NCBI GenBank assembly: GCA_964016885.1
Contig: OZ024740.1
Span: forward strand, 370,946,001 to 371,010,000
Direction: 5' to 3'
Source: Eledone cirrhosa
Taxonomy: Eukaryota
DNA: 64,000 nt
The position numbers and the translations under genes are program-made. Shown here piece after piece: positions 44,825-59,609 of this stretch. Each line of letters begins with the position of its first letter. The stretch's first letter is position 1. The notes under the pieces were generated by a model. It was given only the letters and a program-made list of their open reading frames with translations, ran no database searches and was not told where the DNA came from.

Positions 44825-46962
44825 TGTAGCGGTTGTCTCCCTTGTTTTGATTGGGATCTAGACGGGAAGTGGAACCCTTTCTGCAACTTCCGGTCAGAGC
44901 CCTATAAAACTAACAACGTTAAGCTTCCTTCCTCTCTCTTTGCCTTTTCGGCACCAGGTCAAGAGTCTTCTCATTTGGCTCTGCCATTAATTTGGCCAAC
45001 AGGCGCCTGGCCTTAGCCAGGCGCCCTCTGCCAGCCGCGTTTGCCTGGCAATCAAAACGGTAACTACTAACTTTGTTTCATTCTAACATCTATCTTTGAC
45101 ATGTCAAGTATTCTATCTACCGTTAATTAAATATTATATACACAAACATTGTCTCGTTTTGTTACATTCATACACCCAGTATCCTCGCTATATTGGTAAC
45201 CCTGACGTGATACGAACACGCAGCCGTTCATCGCTATAAGTGGTCACCCCCAAAAAAAGAAAAAAATAGCACATCTGGTTTTGTGAGTAACATTACCAAT
45301 ACACAGCAAATTTAGCGACAAACTATGAAAATACTCAAGGACACGCACACACGCACATGTGGAATTCGCACAGACATACTTTTTCTCTCACGCATCAATT
45401 AACTGTCGCATTTCACCAATATATATATATATGTTTCTCGTTTCTTACAACGAACACTTTCAAAACAAAAAAAACATTTCACGATATATATATATATATA
45501 TGTTTCTCGTTTCTTACAACGAACTCTTTCAAAACACAAAAAAAAAAAAAAAAAAAAAGAAATTTGATATTCTTTAAAAAACTTTCAACAGGAACATTTA
45601 TTTTCGATGAACCATTGCCTTTTGTTCTTCGTTTTCTTCATCGTTCTAGTTTTTTGTTTTTTTCCAAAGTTCACACCTATAATTATGCTGATTGAAGCCT
45701 TTCTTTTTCATCATTGTCACTTTCAAAATTGCACTATCATTTTCTCGCGCGTTAGAAATATTTTTTTTCAACCTTGTATTGGCACGTGTAGGCAGCATAA
45801 ATTCTCGATTCACTGAGATGTCTCTTACTCACAGACAGCCGCACGCCAGAGATAGCATTTCTCCCCCAAGGATTCTTCAGCCTTAAGCTATATTCTTCTA
45901 TTTGCCGGTTTATAAGTTTACAATGTAAATTTACCGTTGATAACCGCGCATTTATTAAGAATACTTATTTCTCTGGTCGCTGGCCTCTTGACCCTTCCAG
46001 GTCAACGCATTCTCAACATCGACCATCAACTTCGGCTGCTATTTCTAGCACTTTGCGCAACTCATTTTTTTCTAAAAAAAAATTTTTTTACTGTGAATTT
46101 AAACACCGAATACGCTCACTCAGCGAGACAACAGCAGCAGCAACAGCAATATAACAGCAACAGCAATATAACAGCAACAGCAATACATCAATACAGCTTC
46201 ACCAAAGCCAGAGAATTCATTTTTGCAGCACTCTTCCTGTGAGAAAATCCATTCGGAGGTTGGAAATTTCACGATATACCACAGAACAGAAACCACCTGC
46301 ATTCATTCTCTGGAACACATTCTTTCCTGCTGTCATGTGATTGCACACCTGTGAACTATATTTTGAACTTTGAGCTCTTCTATTACTTTTACTTTATTAC
46401 ATTGTATCTTTGGGTGATGGATAGATGGATGTCCAGTCGTTCTCTGGCCAAGAGCGGTTGGCTACCTTGATATCTACCATTGATTTTTCCAAACATTCTT
46501 TTGTCGTAATTTTCATGCCTGTTACAACATTCTCGCCTACTTGCTACATATTTTAATTTCGATTTTTATACACTAAAATTCTGGCGGGAGGTTATGTAAC
46601 GGTTGTCTCCCTTGTTTTGATTGGGATCTAGACGGGAAGTGGAACCCTTTCTGCAACTTCCGGTCAGAGCCCTATAAAACTAACAACGTTAAGCTTCCTT
46701 CCTCTCTCTTTGCCTTTTCGGCACCAGGTCAAGAGTCTTCTCATTTGGCTCTGCCATTAATTTGGCCAACAGGCGCCTGGCCTTAGCCAGGCGCCCTCTG
46801 CCAGCCGCGTTTGCCTGGCAATCAAAACGGTAACTACTAACTTTGTTTCATTCTAACATCTATCTTTGACATGTCAAGTATTCTATCTACCGTTAATTAA
46901 ATATTATATACACAAACATTGTCTCGTTTTGTTACATTCATACACCCAGTATCCTCGCTATA
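44825..46962 (+). mobile_element. Non-autonomous Gypsy-type LTR retrotransposon (2138 bp)
   Basis: 368-bp LTRs at 44825-45192 and 46595-46962, with only one difference seen; 4-bp TSD GGAC; PBS TGGTAACCCTGACGTGAT (tRNA-Trp-like) at 45194-45211; PPT GGCGGGAGG before the 3' LTR; no intact ORF. Confidence 0.9.
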
Positions 46963-47411
46963 GGACTATAATGAATGTGAAATCACGGCTTACTACAAAA
47001 TAACTAAAGAACTTATCCACTAGGTTGTTCACCTTTACATTTTACATCACAAATATTATTTCAGTGGTTTTGTTCTTATTTTCTGTTAAATAGGTTGAGA
47101 ATGATGATGATCATGAGCTTACCACGTGTAACTGTCATTGCGTTAATTTGTACCTTGATGTGCAGTTACGGACACAGCATGACTCTTGACGAGATTAGAA
47201 GGTAAGACCTTTTCTCTCATTGCAATCATTTGTTTTATTTGGTAGTAGATCAATGAAGTTGTTGGTGTTGTTCAACTCCAGATCTACTTCAATCCAGCGA
47301 AGCTGTGATCAAACGTGTTCCACTTCGAACCATCCCATCTCACTTTTTTTTTGCTAGACATATCCAATACCAACACTCTGTTCTACTAACCATTACACAC
47401 ACACACACACA

Positions 47412-47493
<82 letters not shown>

Positions 47494-50400
47494 AGACTCT
47501 TAGTTGACATCGACCACCCTCAGCATCAGTGACATAGCTAGAGTGTGGGCTGCCCGGAGCAGCCCTTGAGTTTACCACTACCCTTCCTTCAAACTCAAAT
47601 ATATATACAACAGACCTAAACATTCGCCACTATGAAAATGTCACCCGGAGTAGACCGCCATCTTATACACTTACACCCGCCAAGCTGCATTGCTGCTCTG
47701 TTGCTATCTACCAACCCCCCCCCCCTCTCTCTCTCTTTCTCTCTCTTTCCTACCATGACACACTCCTGGTTGCTCTCAACCAATCGCTCTCTCCTCTACT
47801 ATTGTTATCCCTTCATACTGTTCATGTTGCTTCACTAACCCTCAACATTGGGGGTTTCAAACATGCGGCCCACAAACTACTTTTGTATGGCCCGCAACAT
47901 AACAGTTTCCGTGACTATTATTTCTTTAAATGTGATAAAACTTTGGATCCTGCTTTTGTTTTCCGTTTTAATAATATGTATAGTACAATTTATTACAATT
48001 TACCCATGAAATACAATGAAATGGAAAAACGGAATATATCAAAAGTGAAAACAGAAAAAAAGGGAATTTACCAACAGCAAAACCGGAATTAAGGAAAATT
48101 TAAAACGGAAAATATGTCTCCCTACATTTTGTATTAATTCGCATATCCCTCTTACTATCATATGCATAGTCATTTTGATGAAAATAATCATCTGTATACA
48201 GATTAGGATTAAAACTGGTGGAAATCACGCCAACCTCATATCCCTTTTGGCCCGCTCTGCCTCGTCCCCAGAACATAATGACCTTTTAGGGTCCTTGAGT
48301 TTGTGCCACCTACCAACCTATCACTCAGTTCCCCTTTCACCCTCTTACCCATACTCTTCTCTCTATCAACCTAGCCATTGCTCCTCCCCTCCCACTCTTG
48401 ATTACAACTGCCTTCAAGAATGGAAATGTGTAGAAAAAAAGAGGACTTTTTAGGCCTAGAGGAAACATTATTGTGGTGGTAACATGATAAATGCACCCAA
48501 TACATTCTGTAAAGTGACTTGTGTTAAGAACGGCATCCAGTCGTAAAGATCATGCTATAAAAATGAAACGTACGAGCAAGATGTGGTCCCTCAATCTGTC
48601 TAGGGGGCAATGTGCCCGAATATAAACTGATTCGGGTCGTAATGGCCGGTTAACCCATGCCACCTTGGAAAGCAAACGTAAAAATGATGATGATGAATAT
48701 ATCTAGGAATACATTATCTAATATGTCCTTTATAATGATAGTGTGAGTTGAGCGAGATTTGACTGCTATATCTAGCAAAAGAAACAACTGCATAAAGATT
48801 TATTCATTTACTTCACGAAACATCGAAGTTAGATTAAAGGATAGAGTGAATTAATTCAATAAGATACCTACTAGATTTGTTACGGTTTCTTGACGTGACA
48901 TGCTGACTACCTTGTTTAGAGTTCAGTAAACTTAAAACAGATAGCTCGCTTCGAGGTTTTGTGTGTCCGTGTATTCAACTTTCTTTTAATAGAGAAGTGA
49001 TCGTGTCTCTCTCCCAACAACATTAACGATAAAGCTTATTTATGTATGTTGACGTTCAAATACCTGCTTTACTGCGAAACGTGTTTTTTTATGAAAAACA
49101 TAAACAAACGTAATTTAAATGGTGTCGATGCGAAGACACTTGCAGAAACTGACACACAAGTATATACATAATATATCAGGATTCCTCATAGGACTTGTCT
49201 ACTAATTTCCTCCACAAGGCACTCGCTGGTCCGAAGCTCTAGTAGCAGACACTTACCCAACATACCACAAAGGGATTGAACCCAAAAATATGTGATTGCA
49301 AAGTAAATTCGTTAATGCCTGAAATCCACAAATAATACCATCTAAGATTGAATGAGATGAAACACATAATCAACCACTCACTATTATCATGAAGAGAAAA
49401 AATAAAATTTCAGGATTATATTTGAATATTTTCAATTACAAGTTAAATAGAATTGCACTTGCTATTGTATTTATATCGTTTAGACCCTTGTTAATCCTGA
49501 TCAAGTAAAAATATGATAAAACTGCTGTAAATTGGCAGAACTGTGAAGAGCATAGGTTTTTAAAAAATCCCTTGCAGTGTCTATTCCAATTCAATCCTGC
49601 CAAGATTAATTTCGCCCTTCATCTTCCCAGAGTTTTCATAAAATAATGTACCAATCCAGGGCAGTAGATTGACAAAATTGTTAAAGGATCAGACGAGAAG
49701 TCTTGAAGTATTTGTTCTGGCTTTTTGTGTTCTGGGGTGATAGATTTAATTCATTACCCAGTTCAATCGTTGAGTGTCATTAGTAGAATTCAGTTCAGGT
49801 TTCTAGTTTCAGGAAAACTTCCTTCTATCAAGCTCAGAATTCCTGGGGAAAATATAGTCATGTGTGCTTCCCTTCCCTTCATGTCTAAGTGGTAAAAAAT
49901 ATCTAAAAAGTGTTTGATATAACCATCCCATGCATTTTTATAATCAGGAACCAATGTATAATGTTTTTTGTTGTTTTTTTTCTAAAACTGTAAGGTATGA
50001 TTTGAGGGAGATGTGACTGCTATTTCTAGCAGATTGTGGCTCTGTTGTCTCAAGATTGTATTTGTGTATTTGTCTATTGCAGATCAATTCCAAAAGGGGC
50101 AACTCTTTATTCATATGCTGGAACCTGTGAGGCCTGCGGTGAATTCTATGGCAGTAGCTATACTTATCGTTGTCTCACAGACAAAACCTTTGAAACCTAC
50201 CATAAATGTAACATCGCTGTTAATGAGAAACGCAAATAAATAAAAATTAAGATATTTGGAAAAAATACTGAAGAACATTTGAGACCAGGGAAAGAAAAGG
50301 GGGCAGAGTCATACAAGAAATGGAGAAGGAAGGTGAGATGACAGATGAAAATGATGGACAGAGATGCTTTCTTGTGATGTGATGATGGTGAACAGCAGCA

Positions 50401-51608
50401 ATGAAATTGTTTGAAAAATGTTGCTGATGATCATGTTTTATCATATTTTGAAAAGAAATGGTGTGGAAAAGTTCATGAATACTTACACAAATTAAAATTT
50501 TAAAAATAAAAAAAAATGAAAAAAAATGCTATAGATGTGTTCACAGATATACACAAACATGAATACAACATCCACACAATGTGCATACATCTTCCCAGCT
50601 ACACGTGTTAGCAGAATATCATTTGGTGAATTAGTGACTTGTATACATCAAATATCTACATAGCAACATATTTCAGCATCACTCATCACTGAAGGCTACT
50701 TACTATACCTACATTATTTAGAAACAATGATTATTATCAATCAATATTAATACTATTATTATTGTTATTATTACTATTAGAATGGAATGGAAGTAAGATT
50801 TGAAACAATTCTTCAAGCATGTGACTAGGGAAATAACAAAAAGAACATTACTAAAAAAAAAAAAAAGTAACTTTGTGCACACATAACCATGTGGGTAAAT
50901 GGGGGTGGATATATATATATACACACACACACCACACATACATATATAATTATGTGTGTATGTATATGTCATCATCATCATCATCGTTTAACAAAAACAA
51001 TGTTAAATGATGATGACATATACATACGCACGTGTTCGTGTATGTATATATATATATATAAACACACACACAAACATGCATACTGCATACATTTTGGAAA
51101 TATGTATTTACCATCAACGATTAAAAAATAAATAAAGTGTATTTAATCAATCCTGTTGTTCAATTTTCATTACTGTTAGTGGAGATGATTGCTACATATT
51201 AAATTGACAGCTTGCTGTTTGTTCTCTTGTGAACTGGGAAGAATTTGGGTAGTTCTTTTAGTTTATTGAATAAAACACAAGTATAACTATGTGGTTAAGG
51301 AGTTTAATCTCGCGACCACATAGTTTCACATACATTCCCACTCTATAACCTAGGAAAATGTCTTCTTCTGTAGCCTTGTGTTGACCAATGCTTTGTAAAT
51401 AATATTTCATAGAGAGAAACTACAAAAAAACTATCATGTGTGCGTATGTATCTATGTAAGCAGGTGTGTATATATGTGTGTGTGTGTGTCTGTGTATGTA
51501 TTTACATCTATGTCCATGACTTTATGTAGTTCAAAAAAGAGATTGGTAAAATAAGTACCATACCTGAAAAAAAATATGCACTGGGGTTAATATAATTTAC
51601 AAAATCCC

Positions 51609-51807
51609 TTAACTATTCAGCATTTAAACCGGACATAACCAGCCAGAATTCTCTCACCTCTTTCTGTTCAAACCAGCCATAACTGGCCACTGATACTGAC
51701 ATTAAAATAAATAACATCATCAAAATCTCGTAAATTCCATATTATGTGAGATAAAATTTTTACCATGAAAATATAATAGTAGAGTAATGTCAATGCTAAA
51801 GGGTTAA
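51609..51807. mobile_element. piggyBac-like MITE inserted into a SINE
   Basis: TTAA at both ends, right end AATGCTAAAGGG-TTAA; SINE sequence resumes after it; related copy at about 56826-56993. Confidence 0.5.
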
Positions 51808-52329
51808 ATGTGGTTCCCCAGCATGGCCATAGTCTAATGACTAAAGCAAGTAAAAGAATAATAGAATTAATCCTAACTTTAAATACATGATAAAATATAA
51901 TAGAAAAGTAAATAAATTGGCCAAGGAATTGGTGGGGAGGGGAGGTAGACAGTAGGGCAAAAAGGATTTGTTTATCATAGAGTGGGGGTGGGGGGGCTTA
52001 AAACTAAAGACCTGATCATTTGCAACAACCTTATCACCTACCTATCAGGCAAACACACAAGCCATATAGACTTTATACTCCTCTGGTAGTGAGACAGACA
52101 ACTGATTGCTAACACTCAAACTTACTCCAGTCAAGAATGTATTATTCAATACAGATTAGTGAACAATAAGTTCAGAATAAGAGCTAAACAAACTCAAGTA
52201 CTCAAGACAATCTGAAAAAGGTAGGTATGAAAGCTGAAAGATCTTTCAAGTATATATAGGTTCAAAGAAGTACTAGGTAACATACATGGGAAGGGAGAGG
52301 GGAGAGATACTTACAACAAAGTGGACAAC

Positions 52330-53560
52330 TGGCGGTTGCCATGAGATAACCTGTTACAAGCTAGACATCTGTGGATGAAGTAAGATTCTAGACAGATGAT
52401 GATAGGTAACAGGTTGGTGGAATGATATGGAGTATATGGTCATAAAAGCTAAGAGACAGAGCTGGAAAATGGAAATGGGTAGCAAAGAAGCAGCAAACAA
52501 TATCTTTGGATGGAGCAAGATTCCATGTAGATGAAAGGTTACAGTAAATGAAGTCACAAAGGTTAAGAGACAGGCTTGAAAAAAAATAGAAGAAAAAGGG
52601 ATTAGAATGGAAGCTAGACATGAGGTAAACATAACAAAGAAAGAAGTTGAAAGTAAAAGGTGTGCCAGAAGTGCTGTATATACATACATAAAGGTGTTCC
52701 ACATTACAAAACAGTAAAAATCAAGGCGTTGTTGAAGAAAAGTGCATGCAGAATGATAACAGTGCACTCACTATTATTGACAATGAGGAAAGATCACGGA
52801 AATGAGACAAGAATTTACTGAAGAAGTTTGTACAGGAGAGAGAGTGACCACACCAAACAGATCCAACAGAAAGACCAATTATTGAAGTAGACAGTATATT
52901 GTCAAAAGGGTGAATAAAGATATGAAGGCAGAGAAAATAGCTGAATTATCTGGAATAGTTGCTCAGATGATGATGTAGCTGGTGAAGTAGATGCATGTTT
53001 GTCAATCAGCTAGTGCAAGAGGTTGTCATACCCAAAAACTGGTGTAGCAGGAGAAGTTCAAGTATCTCAGGGCTGTTTTACCCAATGATGGAAGGTAGTA
53101 GGCTGAATTAAGTGCAAGCATTGCACCAGCTTCAGCATTCGGTCATCAGAAGGGAGATAGTAGTAAAAACTACACTCACTATCTTTAATTCAGTTTCATA
53201 CCAACCCCTATGGTCATTAATGACAAAAAAACAATCGCAAATAAAGCAGCCGCAGTGGGGTTCCCCTGAAGGGTCTTTGGAGCCATGTTACTCAATAAAG
53301 TGCATAGCTCAGAGATCAGGGAGTCACACCAGATAGACCTGCTACTTCTCCAAATTGAGAGATCACAGCTCCAATACAATGGACATGTGGTCAGAAAGTC
53401 TAAGAAAAGAATCGCAGGACAAATTTTACAGGCAAAACCAATATCATGAACTTTCCTGGTTTCACTTGAGGATCCAGCCAAATTAATTCGAGACAAATGC
53501 TTCTGAGAGGACCTGCTGAATGGCGTGCTTGAGAACTCTGCTCCCATGACCACCCTAAGA
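52330..53560 (+). mobile_element. Highly decayed LINE (RTE-like) fragments
   Basis: Purine-rich remnants, EKFKYLRAV and QLQYNGHVVRK-like motifs; many stops. Confidence 0.5.
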
Positions 53561-56500
53561 ATTAGGCAAAGTATGTATATATATGTGTGTGTGCGTATAT
53601 ATGTACTTATATGAATATCATCATCATTTAACGTCCATCTTCCACGCTAGCATAGGTTGGACGCATTTGTCCCACTTGAGGCAAGATTGGTCGGGTGACC
53701 GTGTCTCACTCGTACAGAACTGGTGACTGAATATTAAGTCATATGTATCATATAACTTGTGTTAGGACAGGATGTGTGTAGCAAATATTTCCTGCTAAAT
53801 AGGAAAGGTTTCTAAGTGTGTCTGTGTATATCATCATCATCATCGTTTAACGTCTATCTTCCACGCTAGCATGGGTTAGACGGGGATTGCCCCACTTGAG
53901 GCAAGATGGTTGGGTGACCGTGTCTCGCTCGTATAGGACTATCTGGCATGTTTTCTACGGCTGGATGCCCTTCCTAACACCAACCACAATTACAGTGTGG
54001 ACTGAGAGCTTTTTACCGTGTTACCTACACGGCCAGATTACAGCGTGGACTGTGTTTTTTTGTCATGACACCGACACGACCTCATTTGTTTGGACTGGAT
54101 GTTGTGGTACCAACAGAACTTTATAGAGAAAGAATGGTGTTGGCGGGAATGGGAGGATGGAGTAGGGGTAGTGGGTTGGGGTGTGTGTTTGGTTTGGAGA
54201 GGCTTACTGACTAAAGGTTAACTTTGCACGTAGGGAAGGCGAGTCTTCTGTATTACTGTGTGACGCCAAAGATCTCAATCCAGAGACATTGTCTTAGAGA
54301 GATGCAAGTGTGCAAGGTCAGAATTTATCATGTCATCCCAGGTTTTTCTGGGTCTACCTACTCTGTAATTACCATCAATTTTGATCGCCCTGCATTTTTT
54401 TTATACAGCTGTCATCTTTCATGCGCATCATGTGACCATATCAACATAATCTTCTCTCAAGTAAACAGCATCTGATCCCTGTGTGTGTGTGTATGTGTGT
54501 GACCAGTGTATATAGGTCAGACACCCACATACATATATATATACATACATATACACACACACACAAATATATCTAAAAATTAGATCATGGGTGGTCTAGT
54601 ATATATATATATATACACACACAAAAAAAATGTATACACAAAGGCTGTGTATTCTAATAAATATTGCTTGTAAAGGTAATCAAAGTGTGTATACATTTTT
54701 AGAACACCCTGTATATATGTGTGTGTGTGTGTACATGTGTATGTGTATATATATATAAATATATATGTATATGCCAAACAATGGGTCCCTAGTGTTGGTG
54801 ATCTACAGGATAAATGCACCCAGTCCACACTATAGTGGTTGGTGATAGGAAGGGCATCCAGCCATAGAAAGCTTGCCAAACAAAGTGTTGGAAGTACCCT
54901 TCAGTCTTGACAAGGACATGACAATCTCTCTAGTGGTGGTCATTTACAAGATAAATAGATCCAGTACACTATAGTGGTTGGTGATAGGAAGGGCATCCAG
55001 CCATAGAAAGCCCGCTAATCAAATGGTTGGGCGGACCCTTCAATTGTGTCGAATATGTGACAAACTCCCAAGTGAACTCAATAGAACGTTGACCATATGT
55101 GAGATACAGACCTCTTTGTCTATCTGTGAGGTCATTAGCCCTGCTTCAGCACTGATTTGGTCTATGTAGACCCATCCAATCATTACTAGGGAAAGCAGAT
55201 GTTAATCAACAATGACGTGTGTGTGTATATATACATATATACACATATGTGTGTGTATGTATATACATATGTGCACGTAGAACAATAAAAAACAGGAGAC
55301 AGGTGGAATACGAGAGAGAGAGAGTCTGCAATGGTGAGACCAGGGAGACCACTAATCATGGGAGTACTCAATGCATGGGGAGATGCAGAATGGGTATAGA
55401 GATAGGTAAATTTTCAACTGCAGCACTAATTAGCCGAAACTGCTTGCTGCCGTGGTCAGGATTTTACCTATACATGTACATATATATATAGATATAATAT
55501 ATGTGTGTATACATATGTATACTTGGTAGAATGTGGAACTGTATGTGAAATACGAACCCTTATCCTGTCTGGGAAGTTTATGGAACCACTTCAGTACAGG
55601 ATTGGTCTGTGAGAACCCACCAACCCTTGCTAGCAGGAAAAATAGACGTTAAATGACGATGATAATGATGATGTGTGTATATATATAAATATATATCATA
55701 TTTCTTGCCAGAGAAAAACAAGTCGAGAGTTAACGATTGGAAAAAAGACCTTCAAACTCATTTTCAAATATACTTGGAAAATGAATTTCATTCTTTTATC
55801 TTCTAGTTGTGACAAATTTACCATGTGAGGTGGTGGTGGGGGTGAAAGTTGTTAACAGGAAGGGCATCCAGCTGTAGAAACCATGCCAAAAGGGGTCAAA
55901 ATCCTTTAGTTGAGTTGAGGACACAACTTCTCTAGTGTTGGTGACATGATAGATGTACTCAGTAAACTTGGTAAAGTGATTGATGATAGGAAGATGCACC
56001 CTACCCATCTGACAGGTCAGTAACACTGCTTCAATACTGACTTGGCCTATGATGATTCATCCAATACATGCTAGCAGGGAGAACAGATGTGAAATGAAGT
56101 AGTAGTGTTAGTAGTAGTAGTAGTAGCAACAGCAGAAGTAGTAGCAAGCAGCAGCAAGTGGAGATGATGATGACAGCATTGTATTTTCTTCTTTTTGGTA
56201 AACAGAAGTTGTGAGGTCAAAAAAACAAGATAAATGCCCCCACCATTACTCATCAATGAATGCTGCAATTTTTCACTTAATCCCGACTGTTGATGCATGT
56301 AGTATGAATCTCTGTTTTAACTCTAGTGCCTCTAGTCACACATCCACCATGCCGAAACACTATGGTGGAATTTTTTTGTCATTAAGGTTTACTCATTGAG
56401 AAATTAAGATTTAATCTGACTCCTCCCCTTCAACTTGTCTGGTATAGTTGAACTTACCAGGAGTTAAACTGCTGCAAGTATAGCCCTCTGAATCAAAAGA

Positions 56501-58200
56501 GCACACAAGCCATTCCATCACAACAATGTATTTAAATCATATACATACAGGCATGGATGGCCATTGACTCTCATGATATCCTCAGCCCTTTGACAGGTTT
56601 TTCTTGACAGGTGCCCCAAAATCACCCTCCTCATCAAGCAGGCCTGGTGAAGTTGTACTGGGTAACATGTTACCAATAGCTCCCACCCAAGAATGACCTG
56701 GTAGTCCACATAGATAGAATGTTAAGTTCAAATCTTGCTATAGCTATCATACTGTGTTCCCCTAGTGTAGTCTACATAATCACTCATGTAAAAGTTAACA
56801 ATACTAAAAGCATCCTGCCAAAAAATTAACGCTTTCTGTTCAAACTGGCTACTCATACTGATGTTAAGGTATTGTTCTCAAAATAAATAATATCAAAATC
56901 TCAGATTTGATATTATGTGAGATAATTACAAGGTAAAACCTTTACCACAAAAATATAATAGTAAATATAGAGTAATGTATATGTTAAGGGTTAAAATGCT
57001 TTTTCCAGCCGTATGTAGAAATTAAGTAAATGTAATACAAGAAAAAAAAATTAAATAAAAAAGGGAATCTAAGAATTTGCCAGTTTAAACATTTTTTAAA
57101 GTAGCAAGAAATTTAAAAGATATTTTGAACTAGACACTTAACTTAAAAAATAAACTTGTTAATCTTGAAGTAGAACAAACATCTATGAACCCAACAGAGA
57201 TAGGATATGTACCTATCATCATTTCATGTCCACATTCCTTGCTGGAAGTTGTCAACAGACTAGCTTGATACTCTCCAAGGTGGGTTGATAACTTGCATCT
57301 CATGTTCCTACACCCTACTGAGTGCTCAGATGGGCACAACACACAATGTAGATGAACAAGTATTGGCTTGACTGGCTCTTTTAAATGGAGATTGCAAGTT
57401 CTAAATCCTGAATCTTGTTCAATAATAAAAACAAGGAGGATATATTGGCAGAATTGGTAGAGCATCAGATAAAATGCCATTGCAGTATTTGTTCTGGCTC
57501 TTTATTCTGAATTCCAACTTTGCCTTTCCTTTTTTTGGCAGGGTCAATAGTCTTGTATTGGGGTTGATTCAGTCAACTTTGCCCTTTCCCCAAATTTGCT
57601 GATCATGAACCTCAATTAGAAATCAATAAAAAAAAAACAAGGGTGACACCAGCTAGTAATATGAATTAAATACTTTGCATGTATTGTCTATCAGCTACTT
57701 CCATGGTATAGAGCTGCTCAGATAGAACTGGTCAGGGTAACCCCCAACAACAATACAATAACAGAATTTAATAAGATTCAGTTATATGATAACACAAACC
57801 CAGCAGCCTTAATAATACTAAACCAGAAGCTAAAATCTAACCTACTAATTCCATCTGTTGTTTTATTTTACAATGCTGTCATTAGAGAAAAAAAAGAGAA
57901 AAATACAAATACAAAGACCAAAACAGATAAAAACAGACACAAATAACCAAAGAGAAAAATAATTGATTAAAATTACAGTCAGATTTTTTTATAGAAAAGA
58001 AAATCAGTAAATGAAATATTGGTTTCCTTTGATTAGGCATACAAGCATTATATATTTTAGAGTAAGTTGTAGCATTGTCTTGGTATGGAGATTTAGCTTC
58101 AACCAGGAATTGAAATAGTTTATGGACTCAGCTTGCCTTTAACACATTAAATAAAAGAATATTTTATTTGTGGCAATTTTTGGTATTTTTATTTTATTTA

Positions 58201-59328
58201 CTATCCAGGAACACTTTCTTCAGTGTGAGATTTTAAGTGAGCAACTAAAGTGCATTTCTGTGAATAATTTTTCCCACATTTATCACAGCAAAAAGGTTTT
58301 TCTCCAGTATGAGTCATTAGGTGAACACTGAGGATAGCATTACGGCTATAATTTTTGCCACAAATTTCACAATGGAAAGGTTTTTCTCCAGTGTGACTTC
58401 TGATGTGTCTTTTTAAAGTGGACCTGTCTGCAAAATTCTGTCGACACACTAGACAATGGAACGGTTTCTCCCCACTGTGCCTCCTTCTGTGGTTATTAAA
58501 AGAAGACCTATCACTGAAGGTTTTTCCACATTTTTCACAATTAAAAGGCTTCTCACCAGTGTGTATTCGGAAATGAATTTGCAAATCACCACCTCGTGCA
58601 AAATGTTTCCCACACACATCACACTGGAATGGTTTCTCTCCTGTGTGAGTTCGGTAATGGATTTTCAAATCACATTTAAATGAAAAATATTTATCACAAA
58701 TCTGACACTGAACTCTTTTCCCTATTTTTTTATTGGAATTTTCTGGAATGTCTTTTTCATCATTACAAGACTCTTTTCCTTCAGATCCTTCATTTAGAGA
58801 ACCATCATCACAAGACTCTTTTTTCCCTTTTATATTTGTATGTTTTTTAGAGTTTACTTTTAAGGTTTTTCCCTCATTGTATACTTGTGTAACTATATCT
58901 TTTCCTATCCAATGTTCTGAGTAAGGTTCTGTTATCCTTATTGGGAGATGTGAATTTTTATTATCATGTACTTTTAAGTGACCTGTTAAGTGTGCCTTCC
59001 TTGCAAAAGATCGGTTACATATTGTACACTGGAATGGTTTCTCCCCAGTGTGAGTTTTCAAGTGATTTTTTAAGACATTTCTATAACCAAAAGCTCTACC
59101 ACATACACCGCAATGGTAAGGTTTCTCTCCAGTATGTGTTCTCATGTGCCGTACAGATTTTGAGGGATCAGCAAAATCTTTCTCACAAATTGGGCAATGA
59201 AAACGCTTCTTATTTGTAGTGTGAACAAGTAAATGTTCTCCAAGTTCACTTTTATGCAAAAAGTCCTTCTTGCATATATCACACTGAAATGGGTTTACAC
59301 CAGAAATACTTTCCATGTCAGCTTCCAT
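58201..59328 (-). CDS. C2H2 (Kruppel-type) zinc-finger protein, 375 aa, 10 fingers (4 + charged linker + 6), single coding exon
   Basis: Uninterrupted ORF with ten CxxC-x12-HxxxH fingers mostly joined by TGEKP linkers. An in-frame stop lies upstream of the ATG. A splice acceptor sits 80 nt upstream and AATAAA follows the stop directly. Confidence 0.93.
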   Translation of the reverse strand: MEADMESISGVNPFQCDICKKDFLHKSELGEHLLVHTTNKKRFHCPICEKDFADPSKSVRHMRTHTGEKPYHCGVCGRAFGYRNVLKNHLKTHTGEKPFQCTICNRSFARKAHLTGHLKVHDNKNSHLPIRITEPYSEHWIGKDIVTQVYNEGKTLKVNSKKHTNIKGKKESCDDGSLNEGSEGKESCNDEKDIPENSNKKIGKRVQCQICDKYFSFKCDLKIHYRTHTGEKPFQCDVCGKHFARGGDLQIHFRIHTGEKPFNCEKCGKTFSDRSSFNNHRRRHSGEKPFHCLVCRQNFADRSTLKRHIRSHTGEKPFHCEICGKNYSRNAILSVHLMTHTGEKPFCCDKCGKNYSQKCTLVAHLKSHTEESVPG

Positions 59329-59408
59329 ATTGTTGGATGAAGATATAATTAAGAGGCTTCTGGTTCCTTTTTATTCTTACAGCTTTATCTGAGACATTCA
59401 AAGAAAAT

Positions 59409-59450
59409 CTGAAATATCAAAAAGAACAAGAAAAAAAAGAGATTGTCAGT
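59409..59450 (-). promoter_or_regulatory. 3' splice acceptor (branch point, polypyrimidine tract, CAG) of the 5'UTR intron of the ZNF gene
   Basis: Minus strand reads CTGAC (59449-59445), then a T/C-rich tract, then TTTCAG; the exon would start at 59408. Confidence 0.7.
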
Positions 59451-59609
59451 CAATAATATATCTAAGTTCAATGTATTTATGTCATTAAAGATAGAAATAT
59501 AAAAGAGGTGCCATTTAAGAAATGAAGAAAAGGTGACATATAAAACACGGAGTGTATACAACAAATTTAGATGATAAATAAGAGTTTGTTTTTTTTTTAT
59601 TATATTTGC

